A DNA stretch of 64,000 nt from assembly GCA_030532515.1 (NCBI GenBank), contig JAUNKY010000003.1:28147-92146 (forward strand), written 5' to 3'. Each line of letters starts with the position of its first letter. The first letter of the stretch is position 1. Shown here in pieces: positions 47,861 to 57,736 of the stretch. Both the position numbers and the translations under genes were made by a program. Source of the DNA: Actinomycetaceae bacterium. GTDB taxonomy: Bacteria > Actinomycetota > Actinomycetes > Actinomycetales > Actinomycetaceae. The notes under the pieces were generated by a model, which saw only the letters and a program-made list of their open reading frames with translations, did no database searches and was not told the origin of the DNA.

Positions 47861-49003
47861 CTATAGCAGGCCAAGTTTGCGTGCGCAAGCTGGCCACTGT
47901 CCCCAGCCGGCACGGGCTTGGAGGATTTGCGCGCGGTAGGTTTGTTCTTCAGCTGAGGCTTCCGAGGGAAGCCCCTGACCACCTACTGCACGCCAGGTTG
48001 GCAACGAAAACTGGTACATACCATAGTATCCGTTACCGGTGTTGGTGGTGGGGTTGCCGCCAGATTCGCACTGCGCCAAAGCCGCCCAAACGTCGCCGGG
48101 AACTGTTGCAGACGCAGGTGCGGGGGTTGGCGGTGTGCTTGAGTTACGGGTTTCAGCGCGGGTGGCGGCCGGGGAATTTTCCCGAGGACGCTCTAAAGTG
48201 CCTTTTTCAATGATACGAGGCTGGGCTGCAACCGCAGTTTCGCGGCTGAGTTCTTTTTCGACTAGTTTCTTACCACCGCGAATGTGACGGTAGTAGGTGA
48301 TTTTTGTAGTACCTTTAGCGCCCTCGGAAACAATTCGTTCCTGTCCTTCGTAAAGGTTAGCGGTTTCACGCACCTGGGTTTCGAAAGGAACTTCTTCTTC
48401 TTCACTAACCTGTCCGCGGATTACGCGGATAATGTCTAAACTCAGTTTGCCATCGGCAGAAGTCAGTGCCAGTTCATCAATGGCAGATAGCTTAACCTGG
48501 GCTTTTTCCAGGGCATTTGCTAAGGTATCGCCGGCTGCGAGTTCAACTTGGGTTTCTTTACCTCCATCTGCGATGGTGAGTTTACCTGCTTGAGCCAAAA
48601 GTGGCATTTGCGAGTTACGCTGCAGGGGCAGGGAAACGTGGCGGAAGTTAGCGTTGGTAAGGATATTTTGAAAATTACCTTCGGTAGAGAAAATTTCTTT
48701 TTTATCGCTTCCGACCAGGACGCGGTAGGCGGTGGCACGGGTGATTTTGATCTGTGTTCCGTCTGCTACCTGCTGGTCTAAAGCGGGAGTGACCAAGTCA
48801 TATTCGGAAACTTTTACTTCAGCGGCTGAGAGAATATCCGCTACCGAGCCTTTCCAAGTGGTTACTTCCACGCGGTTATCACCTTCTACGATGGTGTAGG
48901 AAGCGCGCCCCAAGTTGAGGGCCGCAGTTCCCAAACCGGCTACTACCAGTAGGGTAACTAAAGCGAGGATGAGGGATTTTCCGAACTTGCTTGCGGTACT
49001 CAA
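47861..49003 (-). CDS. rpfB: Resuscitation-promoting factor RpfB
   Basis: DUF348 repeats, G5 domain, C-terminal Rpf transglycosylase-like domain WAALAQCESGGNPTTNTGNGYYGMYQFSLPTW. Confidence 0.75.
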   Translation of the reverse strand: MSTASKFGKSLILALVTLLVVAGLGTAALNLGRASYTIVEGDNRVEVTTWKGSVADILSAAEVKVSEYDLVTPALDQQVADGTQIKITRATAYRVLVGSDKKEIFSTEGNFQNILTNANFRHVSLPLQRNSQMPLLAQAGKLTIADGGKETQVELAAGDTLANALEKAQVKLSAIDELALTSADGKLSLDIIRVIRGQVSEEEEVPFETQVRETANLYEGQERIVSEGAKGTTKITYYRHIRGGKKLVEKELSRETAVAAQPRIIEKGTLERPRENSPAATRAETRNSSTPPTPAPASATVPGDVWAALAQCESGGNPTTNTGNGYYGMYQFSLPTWRAVGGQGLPSEASAEEQTYRAQILQARAGWGQWPACARKLGLL

Positions 49004-49104
49004 AAGGTAAATCCTTAATGTCTTGAAAAACTTATACGCATTAAACCCTATCCGGTTCTACCCTATTGCGCATTTTTTCTTAACCAAAGTCACATCCTGT
49101 AGGT

Positions 49105-49965
49105 TTACCATTTTCCGTAGACTGTTTGGCTATTTCGCTTCAGTTGCTTAATGGCGTCTGTTTCGGAAACTCCCCAGAGTTCAGCAATGAATCGCACGGT
49201 GTGGGTCATCACATAAGAGGCGTTCGGACTGCCCCGGTGCGGTGCGGGAGTTAAATATGGGGCATCGGTTTCAACCAAGATTAGTTCTTTTGGCAGTGCT
49301 TTGAATGCTGCGCGGAGGTGTTCATTTGCCGGGTAAGTTAGCGGCCCAGCGAAGGAAGCGTACCAGCCGTGGTCAGAGCATTCGGTGGCTAAGTCTACGT
49401 CCCCTGAGAAACAGTGGAAAACAATTGGGTTGGAAGGCTGGGCGTCTTTAAGGACACTCACGCATTCGGCGTGGGCTTCTCTATCGTGTATTTGTACTGG
49501 CAGGTTGTGACGTTTCCCCATTTCCAGGTGCGCGTAGAAGGACTCGATTTGATGTTTTAAGCCTGTTCGGGCGGTGCGGTACATGTCCAGCCCCGTTTCC
49601 CCTACAGCCACTACCCCGGGGTAGGTGAGGTTTTCGTCTACCAGATTCAAGGCTTCATCCAGGGGACAGTGATGGTCGCGGATTTGGGGGATTAACCCGT
49701 CGGGGGAAGGTTCGGCGTATCCCGCGTGGAGGGGGGCTTCGTTGGGGTGCAGTGCCAGGGCGGCGCGTACCCGCAGTTCGTCGGTATTGTAGGTTTTAGT
49801 TTGTTCGAGGGCGCCAGTAAAGTCTGTTACTTCACAAGCTACTGTAATTATTCGGTTGATTCCCATCTGGCGGGCTCGCTGTAGCTGGTCGTCTATTGAC
49901 ATTTTGATGCCGCCAGCGTTAGGAATTTCCCATTCTCCTAAAGGCAGGTGCGTGTGGTTGTCCAT
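49105..49965 (-). CDS. tatD: TatD family metal-dependent hydrolase/DNase
   Basis: MDNHTHLP start typical of TatD (HxH metal site); ORF track extends to 50094 but TatD homology begins at this Met. ETDAPYL motif near the C-terminus. Confidence 0.75.
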   Translation of the reverse strand: MDNHTHLPLGEWEIPNAGGIKMSIDDQLQRARQMGINRIITVACEVTDFTGALEQTKTYNTDELRVRAALALHPNEAPLHAGYAEPSPDGLIPQIRDHHCPLDEALNLVDENLTYPGVVAVGETGLDMYRTARTGLKHQIESFYAHLEMGKRHNLPVQIHDREAHAECVSVLKDAQPSNPIVFHCFSGDVDLATECSDHGWYASFAGPLTYPANEHLRAAFKALPKELILVETDAPYLTPAPHRGSPNASYVMTHTVRFIAELWGVSETDAIKQLKRNSQTVYGKW

Positions 49966-50277
49966 CACTGGGAGGGGAAGCGGAAGGGAATTTTCTGGCC
50001 AAGTTCGTTTCTTTTTACTCACGTGCCCTAGTGTAACCGGTGCGGGCGGTTTTACGTGAGTGTGGGGTAGTGAGTTTAGAAGCCTTGGTTGCAACGGTCC
50101 ATTCGTTAGAAAATTGTGCCTATTTTACAAATTGCACCAAGCTATCTGGCAACTTGCACACTTGTGCATTTCATTCGGATGACAGCGGAAATGTCTTTCA
50201 ACTAAGATAATACTTGCAACTACCTGCTCAAAGACGGGCAGAATCAAACAGTTTTGCGCAATTATGATGGAGAGACG

Positions 50278-53200
50278 ATGAAGTCAAACACCCGCAGTAA
50301 AACAGCGAAAACGCTGGGATTGCTAGTGGGAGCCAGCCTGGCCACCACTATGTTAACTCCGGTTGCCTTCGCAGCTGATCCAGATACGATCACTAAGATA
50401 CCCCAAACTGAAATGGCAGCAGTTTGGACAAACTCACCGGTAGCCACAAATGAAGGTACCAACGGCGCCCTCGAAAAAATCCTGGACGGCGACCCCCAAT
50501 CCTTCTGGCACACCCAGTGGCATCCCACAAAAAGCCCTCTGCCACACAGTTTCGTTGTGAAGTTGGGCGACGCCCCGGTGAAACTCGCCAAGTTAGAACT
50601 AACTCCCCGGCAAAGTTCCAACGGTTCAGGACGTGCCCGCGACTGGGACGTGTACACGTCGACCGATGAAACCTGTGGCGAAAACTCTAACTTCACGCTG
50701 GCGAAAAGCGGAAGTTTCCCCGGCGATACCGCTACTTACCGGGAAACCCGGGAAATAATCTTCAAACCCAGTATCGAAGCCAAATGCGTGAAGTTCACGC
50801 AGAAAACTTCCTGGGGTGGGCACCAAGGTAACGAAGTAACCTCCCGCGACGAAACTGTTGCCTCCCTAGCTGAGTTCAACGCATTCAAAGGTGAGTGGCC
50901 GGAAGACAACGCCCCTGGCGGCACTGATCCAGTTCAGCCCCCGGCCGCCACTATTCCCGCTGAAGACCTCATTACCATAACGGACGGAACTCTAAGCGTA
51001 AAAATGCACAAACAGTTCCCCCAGGTAGTTGAATGGGCCCTTGGCGACGCTAAAGCAAATGGCAACACTGCGGTTCCAGATCCACAGATTTACATGGACG
51101 AAACCAGCTACCCAGTAGAAGTTTCCGAAGCTACCACCACAGAAAACAGCGCCACCTGGGACTTTAAAGTCACTGGCACTGCCGTCACTTTCAAAGCTAC
51201 CGCCACTGTTAAAGACGGTATTTGGAAGCTGGAACTTCACGACCTGGTAGATCCAAACGGCCAAATGCACCGCATTATCCTCCATACACTATCTTTTGTT
51301 TCCCTAGGAGCCGATGAAGAACTGGCTACCGCCACCATCAGTGTCAACCGCGCTGTCAGCGGCGACCGAATTGGGGCTGCTCGGACCTTCGCTGGCGGAT
51401 ACTACTCTTACATGAGCATTGCCACTTCAGGACAGCTGTCCTTTGGTATGGATAACAACGCTATTGCAGATAATACCGTTCGATACGACGGTCGTACCCA
51501 AGGCTCAAACGGGAAGTGGATCAACGTCTTCCATGAAGGAACCGGCAGAGTCATTCCAGGCTCTTTCGTCTGGCGTTCCCCCTCGGCAACGGTAATTGGT
51601 AATGATGAGAACCCGTACGTGGTAGTAAAACCAACCGTTGATGCCAACAAAGACTCAGTACTTAACTGGCAAGATGGCGCCATTGCCCTGCGTGATATTC
51701 GCCCGGCAATCAACGGTGCCGACCAGGTAAAAAACACGGTAATTACTCGTATTCCGTTCAACATTGTTTCCCAAGCCACCCACCCATTCTTACGCACTTT
51801 GGATGACACGAAGCGTATTGCGTTAGCTACCGACGGTTTACGTCAGCAGGTAATGCTCAAAGGCTACCAAGCTGAAGGACACGACTCCGCTCACCCAGAC
51901 TACGCCGGAAACTACAATGAAAGAGCTGGTGGTTTCACTGACCTGGTTACTTTAGCTAACGAAGCCCAGCAGTGGAACGCACTGATCGGCGTACACGTTA
52001 ACGCCACAGAATCCTACTCTGAATCCAAGAACTTCAGCGAAGAGCTACTGTATATGCCTCCTCGCAAAGCCTGGGGTTGGATGAACCAATCCTATTACAT
52101 TAACGGCCCTAAGGATCTGGGTACTGGGAAGGTACTGGAACGCTTCAAAGAGTTCAAAAAAGAAGCTCCCGCTAACCTCAACTGGCTGTACATTGACGTG
52201 TATTACCCAGATGGTTGGGAAGGACGCCGACTCTCTGACGAACTGCGCAAACAAGGTTGGGTAATCGGCACCGAATGGGCAGACAAGATGCCAGAAAACT
52301 CCATCTGGTCTCACTGGGCTAATGATGAAAACTACGGCGGTACCAACAATAAGGGCGTCAGCTCCCAAATATTCCGCTTCGTTGAAAACACTCGCCGCGA
52401 CATTTTCAACCCTCACCCAATCCTGTCCAACTCCAACATCGTCGAATTCGAAGGCTGGACTGGGCACGTTAACTACAACGATTTCATCCGTAACATCTGG
52501 GATCGTAACCTGCCAGTTAAATTCCTGCAGCAGTCTCCAATTATGCGTTGGGAAGCTAACTCCATCACCTTCGAAAACGGCACTGTAGCAACCTCTGACT
52601 TGACCACTATCGGTGGGCGCGACGTTCCCTACCAGCGCGTTATCAACTATGATGGCGCAGTAGTTTACCAGGGCGGAAAGTACTTGCTTCCATGGAAAGA
52701 CGGCGGCACCGACCGTCTTTACCACTGGAATGTAAACGGTGGCGCCTCCACCTGGACGCTAACTAATGCTTGGAAGAACCAGACATCTCTCTCACTTTTC
52801 AAGCTCACTGACCAAGGACGCGTCAAGGTTTCTGACGTGGCAGTAACCAACGGCCAGATCACCCTTGAAGCTGAAGCTGGTGTAGCATACGTACTGTACC
52901 CAACTTCCGCAGTACCAATGCCAAAGGCTCCGAACTGGGGTCAAGGCTCCCCCATTGCTGACCCCGGCTTCTTCTCTGGCACTTTAAACGCCTACCAAAC
53001 CACCGGTGACGTTTCCATCGTAAAAACTGACCGTGGCAACAACCAGGTAGCTTTAGGTGCTGGCGCAGCTTCCATCTCCCAAATTCTAGGGGGCGGTAAC
53101 TTACCTGCTGGAACCTACAATGCTTCTGCCTGGATTGAAATTGCCAATGGGGCAGAAAGAGACGTTACCCTTACCGTAACCGGTGACGGCGTAACCGCAA

Positions 53201-55578
53201 CGCAGCTGCAGGCAGTTCAGGGCTCTGTTCCCACCACGGTAGTTAAGAGTTCGCGCACTCCAAACGCTACTGCCTCAGATGAAAAGTTCCGCACTTACTT
53301 CCAGCGTGCGCGCGTAACCTTCACCACCACCGGCGGAGCCGTAACCTTTAAGATTGCCGCGGGTGAAGGTGAAGCTAAAGTCCACGTTGACGATCTGCGA
53401 CTTGTTTCCTTCACCTCCCCCACCCTTCCATCTGGAGTTGAAGCTTCCAAGGTAGTGGTCTTCGAAGACTTCGAAAACCCAGACTCCGGCTACTGGCCAT
53501 ACGTAACCGGCCCAGTTCAAACTGGTGACGCACGTACCCAGCTAACCCGTCGCCACGAGCCATATTCGCAAGCCGGCTGGTGGGGCATTGACGCTAACGG
53601 GCGTCCTCGAGAAGGATACAAACTGGTCGACAACGTACTTTCCGGTAACTGGTCGCTGATGGCGCACGAAGAAAACACCGGTCTGGTCCTGCGCACCGCA
53701 GAAACCACCGTGGCGCTGCAACCAAACCACAAGTACCGTATTTCCTTCGACTACCAAAACGCTCGGGCAAACACCTACGCGTTCGTAACCGGCTACGACA
53801 CGCTGGACACCAAGGGTCGTATCAAAACCACCCACCAGCAAATCTTCTCTTTCCCATCCACCGCGAACACTGACGTAACCCCAGTAACTGCACAAACCCA
53901 ACGGTTCACGCACGAACTGAACGTTGGGGCCTGCGGCTCATACTGGTTCGGGATCGAAAAGATCGGTGGAGGCTGGCAAGCTGACCTGTCTATGGACAAT
54001 ATTTTGGTTGAAGACCTGGGGGAATCCGACACGGTAGTCCCGTGTGCTTCCCTCCAAATCATCCCAGACTCTGGATTTGTCGCTGGTAAAGCCTCTGTGG
54101 TGCGCACTATTCTGACCTCTGCTGAAAACTCAGTTGCCAGCGAGGTAAAGCACCTGCTGGTAGTTCCACAAGGCTGGTCTGTCACCGCAATTGAACCAGT
54201 TTCAGATACCCTGGCAGCTAAGAGTAGAAGTATGCAAACCTGGTTGGTAACCCCGCCACTATCTGCAGCAAGTACCACGGCAAACCTGGTTGCTACAGGT
54301 AGTTATGACCTGCAAGACGGGCATGGAGTGCGCGTTTTGGAAGCTGATTTGGATGTGAAGATCACAAACTCAGGAATCATCGCCGGTAAGAATTACCTAT
54401 CTGACCTGCCATTCGTAGACACTCGCAACGGCTGGGGTCCAGTTGAACGCGACACTGCGAACGGAGAAAACAATGCCGGTGACGGGGGTCCAATCCGCAT
54501 TGACGGTGTCACTTATGAAAAGGGGCTGGGTACCCACGCTAACTCCATGGTTAAGTTCAACCTGGGTGGGCAATGCCAGTCCTTCCACGCAGTTGTTGGC
54601 GTTGATGACCAGCAGACTTCTGCCGGCACTATCCGTTTCTTAGTCACCGGCGATAATAGCGCCGTAGTGGTTCCAGAAACTGAGGTGTTGCGCCACAACT
54701 CGGCGGCAGTCACCCTTGACGCTGACATCACCGGCGTTCAAGAACTGACTCTGTGGGTAAACGGCGCTGGCGACGGCATTGGCAATGACTGGGCTTCTTG
54801 GGGCGACGCATACGTTGTATGTAACTCCGTAACCGAAACGGTTGTTCCAGCACTGGAAGCCACTCCAGATACCGTTAAACCAGGTGAAACAGTTACCCTC
54901 AAGCTAACTAACTTTACCGCTGGGGATACTCCAGTCACCCTGGTGCACGCCTACAGCGGCGTGAAGATAGGCGAAGTTACCATCGGCACTGATGGCACGG
55001 GAACCTACCAGTACACAGTTCCTGAAGACTACACTAACCCAGAAGTCCACTTCGGTGCGTTACAGGTAGTAGCTGCTAATACAAACGCAGCCAGCGCTAA
55101 GGTTACTGTCAAAAAGCCACAGCCTCAACCTAATACGCCAGGACCTAATACGCCTGGATTGCAGTTAACCTTGCTCACCCCATCCGTACACGCAGGTGAG
55201 GATGTTATTGGTACGGGCACTGGCTTCACCCCAGGTGCGCAGGTAGCTGTCGAACTGCATTCGAACATTATCCCTCTAGGAACAGTAGTTGCCGACGCAG
55301 CAGGAAAGGTTTCCTTCAAGTTCAAGGTTCCTACCACTGCAGTGGCTGGCGCTCACCACGTTGTCTTGGTGGATAAGGAAAAGAACCAGATTGTAAAGGC
55401 CCCAGTAACTGTATTGGCAGCTAAAGGGGATTCCTCGAAGCCAATCGTGACTCCAGTTCCTCCGAAGAAACCAGGTCTGTCCAACACTGGCTCCAATGCG
55501 ATGCAGGTTGGTTTGGGTGCGCTCTTCCTAGCAGTTCTAGGTTCCTTCGCTGTAATGCGTCGCAAGCGCATGCAGTGA
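50278..55578 (+). CDS. Cell-wall-anchored multidomain glycoside hydrolase, probably GH101 endo-alpha-N-acetylgalactosaminidase (O-glycanase), with F5/8-type-C and NPCBM-like carbohydrate-binding modules
   Basis: Signal peptide (start moved to MKSNTRSK). N-terminal discoidin-like FWHTQWHP block; central (b/a)8-like region; C-terminal NPCBM-like block GWGPVERDTANGENNAGDGGPIRIDGVTYEKGLGTHANS...NDWASWGDAYV; Ig-like repeats. C-terminal LSNTG + hydrophobic + RRKR sorting signal. Family assignment from overall architecture (~1770 aa, as in S. pneumoniae and Bifidobacterium enzymes), not from a verified catalytic motif. Confidence 0.6.
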   Translation: MKSNTRSKTAKTLGLLVGASLATTMLTPVAFAADPDTITKIPQTEMAAVWTNSPVATNEGTNGALEKILDGDPQSFWHTQWHPTKSPLPHSFVVKLGDAPVKLAKLELTPRQSSNGSGRARDWDVYTSTDETCGENSNFTLAKSGSFPGDTATYRETREIIFKPSIEAKCVKFTQKTSWGGHQGNEVTSRDETVASLAEFNAFKGEWPEDNAPGGTDPVQPPAATIPAEDLITITDGTLSVKMHKQFPQVVEWALGDAKANGNTAVPDPQIYMDETSYPVEVSEATTTENSATWDFKVTGTAVTFKATATVKDGIWKLELHDLVDPNGQMHRIILHTLSFVSLGADEELATATISVNRAVSGDRIGAARTFAGGYYSYMSIATSGQLSFGMDNNAIADNTVRYDGRTQGSNGKWINVFHEGTGRVIPGSFVWRSPSATVIGNDENPYVVVKPTVDANKDSVLNWQDGAIALRDIRPAINGADQVKNTVITRIPFNIVSQATHPFLRTLDDTKRIALATDGLRQQVMLKGYQAEGHDSAHPDYAGNYNERAGGFTDLVTLANEAQQWNALIGVHVNATESYSESKNFSEELLYMPPRKAWGWMNQSYYINGPKDLGTGKVLERFKEFKKEAPANLNWLYIDVYYPDGWEGRRLSDELRKQGWVIGTEWADKMPENSIWSHWANDENYGGTNNKGVSSQIFRFVENTRRDIFNPHPILSNSNIVEFEGWTGHVNYNDFIRNIWDRNLPVKFLQQSPIMRWEANSITFENGTVATSDLTTIGGRDVPYQRVINYDGAVVYQGGKYLLPWKDGGTDRLYHWNVNGGASTWTLTNAWKNQTSLSLFKLTDQGRVKVSDVAVTNGQITLEAEAGVAYVLYPTSAVPMPKAPNWGQGSPIADPGFFSGTLNAYQTTGDVSIVKTDRGNNQVALGAGAASISQILGGGNLPAGTYNASAWIEIANGAERDVTLTVTGDGVTATQLQAVQGSVPTTVVKSSRTPNATASDEKFRTYFQRARVTFTTTGGAVTFKIAAGEGEAKVHVDDLRLVSFTSPTLPSGVEASKVVVFEDFENPDSGYWPYVTGPVQTGDARTQLTRRHEPYSQAGWWGIDANGRPREGYKLVDNVLSGNWSLMAHEENTGLVLRTAETTVALQPNHKYRISFDYQNARANTYAFVTGYDTLDTKGRIKTTHQQIFSFPSTANTDVTPVTAQTQRFTHELNVGACGSYWFGIEKIGGGWQADLSMDNILVEDLGESDTVVPCASLQIIPDSGFVAGKASVVRTILTSAENSVASEVKHLLVVPQGWSVTAIEPVSDTLAAKSRSMQTWLVTPPLSAASTTANLVATGSYDLQDGHGVRVLEADLDVKITNSGIIAGKNYLSDLPFVDTRNGWGPVERDTANGENNAGDGGPIRIDGVTYEKGLGTHANSMVKFNLGGQCQSFHAVVGVDDQQTSAGTIRFLVTGDNSAVVVPETEVLRHNSAAVTLDADITGVQELTLWVNGAGDGIGNDWASWGDAYVVCNSVTETVVPALEATPDTVKPGETVTLKLTNFTAGDTPVTLVHAYSGVKIGEVTIGTDGTGTYQYTVPEDYTNPEVHFGALQVVAANTNAASAKVTVKKPQPQPNTPGPNTPGLQLTLLTPSVHAGEDVIGTGTGFTPGAQVAVELHSNIIPLGTVVADAAGKVSFKFKVPTTAVAGAHHVVLVDKEKNQIVKAPVTVLAAKGDSSKPIVTPVPPKKPGLSNTGSNAMQVGLGALFLAVLGSFAVMRRKRMQ

Positions 55579-55730
55579 TGACTTAGGCACGTATAAGTGG
55601 GGCTGGTCTCATCCGAGACCAGCCCCACTTACTGTTTCAGCCCCGTCGCACCGCAACACCCCCTTCCCATGCGACACCCCCTGAATTCGCACCGCAACAC
55701 CCCCTTCCGGCGCGACGGGAGGCATAAGAA

Positions 55731-55768
55731 AGCGCCCTCGGAAACCTTAGAATCCGAGGGCGCTTATT
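55731..55768. terminator. bidirectional terminator between the O-glycanase gene and the convergent pseudogene
   Basis: Perfect 12-bp stem AGCGCCCTCGGA/TCCGAGGGCGCT, then TATT. Confidence 0.6.
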
Positions 55769-55826
55769 CCAGCTACCCAGTAGCAACTACTACCCATCCA
55801 ACGAACAGTAGCCACTATCTAACTAA

Positions 55827-57469
55827 CTAGCGGTAGTCGTTAATATAGGTCGAAACGACGTACCGGCGGTCTAGGTTGTAGTATTCGGTCATAATCGGAT
55901 GGTCCACTGGAAGATTGAACCACCGTTCCTCATAACCTTCAGCGTCATTCCAAGTGGGGTCGAAGTAACGCCATTCGCCGTTAATCTTCACTGCAGCCCA
56001 CTTGTGGCCGACGGAAGCGTCACCGTTGATTGAACCGGTGACGCCGATTGCTTCAAAGCCTGCTTCGCATGCCAGGAATACGAAGGCTTCAGAGTAGCCT
56101 TCACATACTGCCAGGTGGTCGATTGCTGGGCCATAAGTGGTCCAGTTGGACTCAAGCTCAGGAGTGATTGGCTGACAAGTATGCAAGAAGTCCAAAGCAG
56201 GGTAGTTGTACTCGGTGTTCAGGTAGGTCCACTGGTTGATACGGCGTAGCTTCTCAATATCGTCTAAGCTGTCCAGGTTCATTTCTTTGAGTACGCGACG
56301 CAGCTCGTTACGAGCAGCCTCAGCTTTCTTAATACGCAAGTTCCTGTCAGGAACAGCGTAGACGAAACGGATACGGGAACCTAGCCAAATGCGAGCCTCG
56401 TTAAGGGTGATAGCGTGCGGAGTCTGCGTGATAGATTCAACCAATGCAGCACACACGAATTCCAAGTCGCCCGCGCCAAGTAGACCCGAAACATCCACTA
56501 CTTCATCATCGTTGAGCAAAGCCACTGAAATACGGTAACTCAGTGGGTTGGTGGCGAATACTTTGTCTTCGTATGGCGGTTCAGCCGGGGCTTTGGTTTC
56601 GTTGGTCTTCTTTTCAGAATCCTGCTTCTTATCCTTTTCAGTATCCTTGTCGTTACGCTTTTCTTCAGCTCGTTCTTTGTCTGTTACTTCTGGAGTCTTT
56701 TCGTCTTCGTTTGCTTCGGTAACGAATAGTTGCGTGTTAGTACGGGTACGACGCTGGTTGATTTCTTTAGCGCGCTTTTCTAGGAATGCCTTCCAGTTTT
56801 CTGGGTACTTTTTGACGGTGAGTTTGCCACTCAAATTTGCTTCACGCACTACTACGGCGACGATTAGCTTGCCGTCTATGATTTCAGATTTGTCTGGTTC
56901 AGGTAGTACTGGCAGTTACTTGGTTTTACCGCTGGCCATGATGAATGGCAGTTCCTTCGGGAAGTCTTCGAGGTTGTCGAAGATGCCCTTGTTTTCCTTG
57001 GAGTGCTTTACTTCCAGCTCCCACGTTTCTTCAGCGGTACGGAGCACAAGTTTGTCTTTGTAGTCGTGGATGGAAATGCGGTTGGATAGTGGCGATAGTT
57101 TGTCGCCTTTTTCGCTACTACCGTAAGAAAGGATTCGTCACGTGCGACTAGCATTGATTTAATGCGTTTCTTAGCTTCCTTGGGGTTTTCTGGCCCGGCT
57201 TCGTAGTCGAATATGATGCTTTTACCGTAGGTTTGTACGGTGATGGGTTCGTCGGCGTTAATGTAATGAATTTCGGGGTCGAAGATATACTTCGCGTTTT
57301 CTCCCCAGTTAGCATTTTCGACAGTTGTTAGGTCAGTTTTCGATTCCGTCAATGAACGTGGTTTAACAGGGAGCGTGTTTGTACCAAGGTTTGTTACAAG
57401 GATTCCGCATCTGGCAAGTGACATGCAAGCAGTGCGACAAACGCGTTTGAGACGAATTTTTTCATTGGT
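55827..57469 (-). pseudogene. Decayed paralog of the downstream transglutaminase-like lipoprotein (frameshifts, an internal TAA and a deletion)
   Basis: Three ORF fragments (lipoprotein signal MKKFVSNAFVALLAC-; MSLARCGILVT...; ...IFDNLEDFPKELPFIMASGKTK*; MREANLSGKLTVKK...) are collinear with the intact 705-aa paralog (IFDNLEDLPDYFPFIMLGGATKF.. / LTVKSYPKDWKEK.. / transglutaminase-like C-domain) but in different frames. One in-frame TAA; total length ~160 codons short. Confidence 0.8.
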
Positions 57470-57658
57470 ACCGCTGCTTCTTGCTTAGATGGACAGCATT
57501 AGCGTTAACAGTTAACGCCAAAGGATGAAAAGATGCTAGTTCTTAACTTGGATGCTGTTTTGTTAGCAGACATTTGTGCTGGAAGATTGGGTTTATTTGT
57601 TTACTTTTCGGTGGGTTAACGTGTGGTTAGTTTTGTGACGCTTTCTTTTTCCGAGGGC

Positions 57659-57722
57659 GGCGGATGCACTTTTATCACTGACAAATGTGGGGTTCTGTCC
57701 GGTGTAGAGAAGTGCATCCGCC
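57659..57722. other. 13-bp-stem hairpin with large loop downstream of the transglutaminase-like lipoprotein gene (possible terminator)
   Basis: GGCGGATGCACTT ... AAGTGCATCCGCC perfect stem, 38-nt loop, followed by TGAGTTTT on the plus strand. Confidence 0.3.
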
Positions 57723-57736
57723 TGAGTTTTGTATGC

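Noticed and set aside
49966-50094. N-terminal 43-aa extension of TatD
   Set aside because: TatD homology (HxH motif) starts at the internal Met. The extension is Pro-rich and unconserved.
55827-57424. Calling the 340-aa and 138-aa minus-strand ORFs as separate transglutaminase-like and hypothetical genes
   Set aside because: They are collinear fragments of one disrupted paralog (see pseudogene), separated by frameshifts and an in-frame stop.
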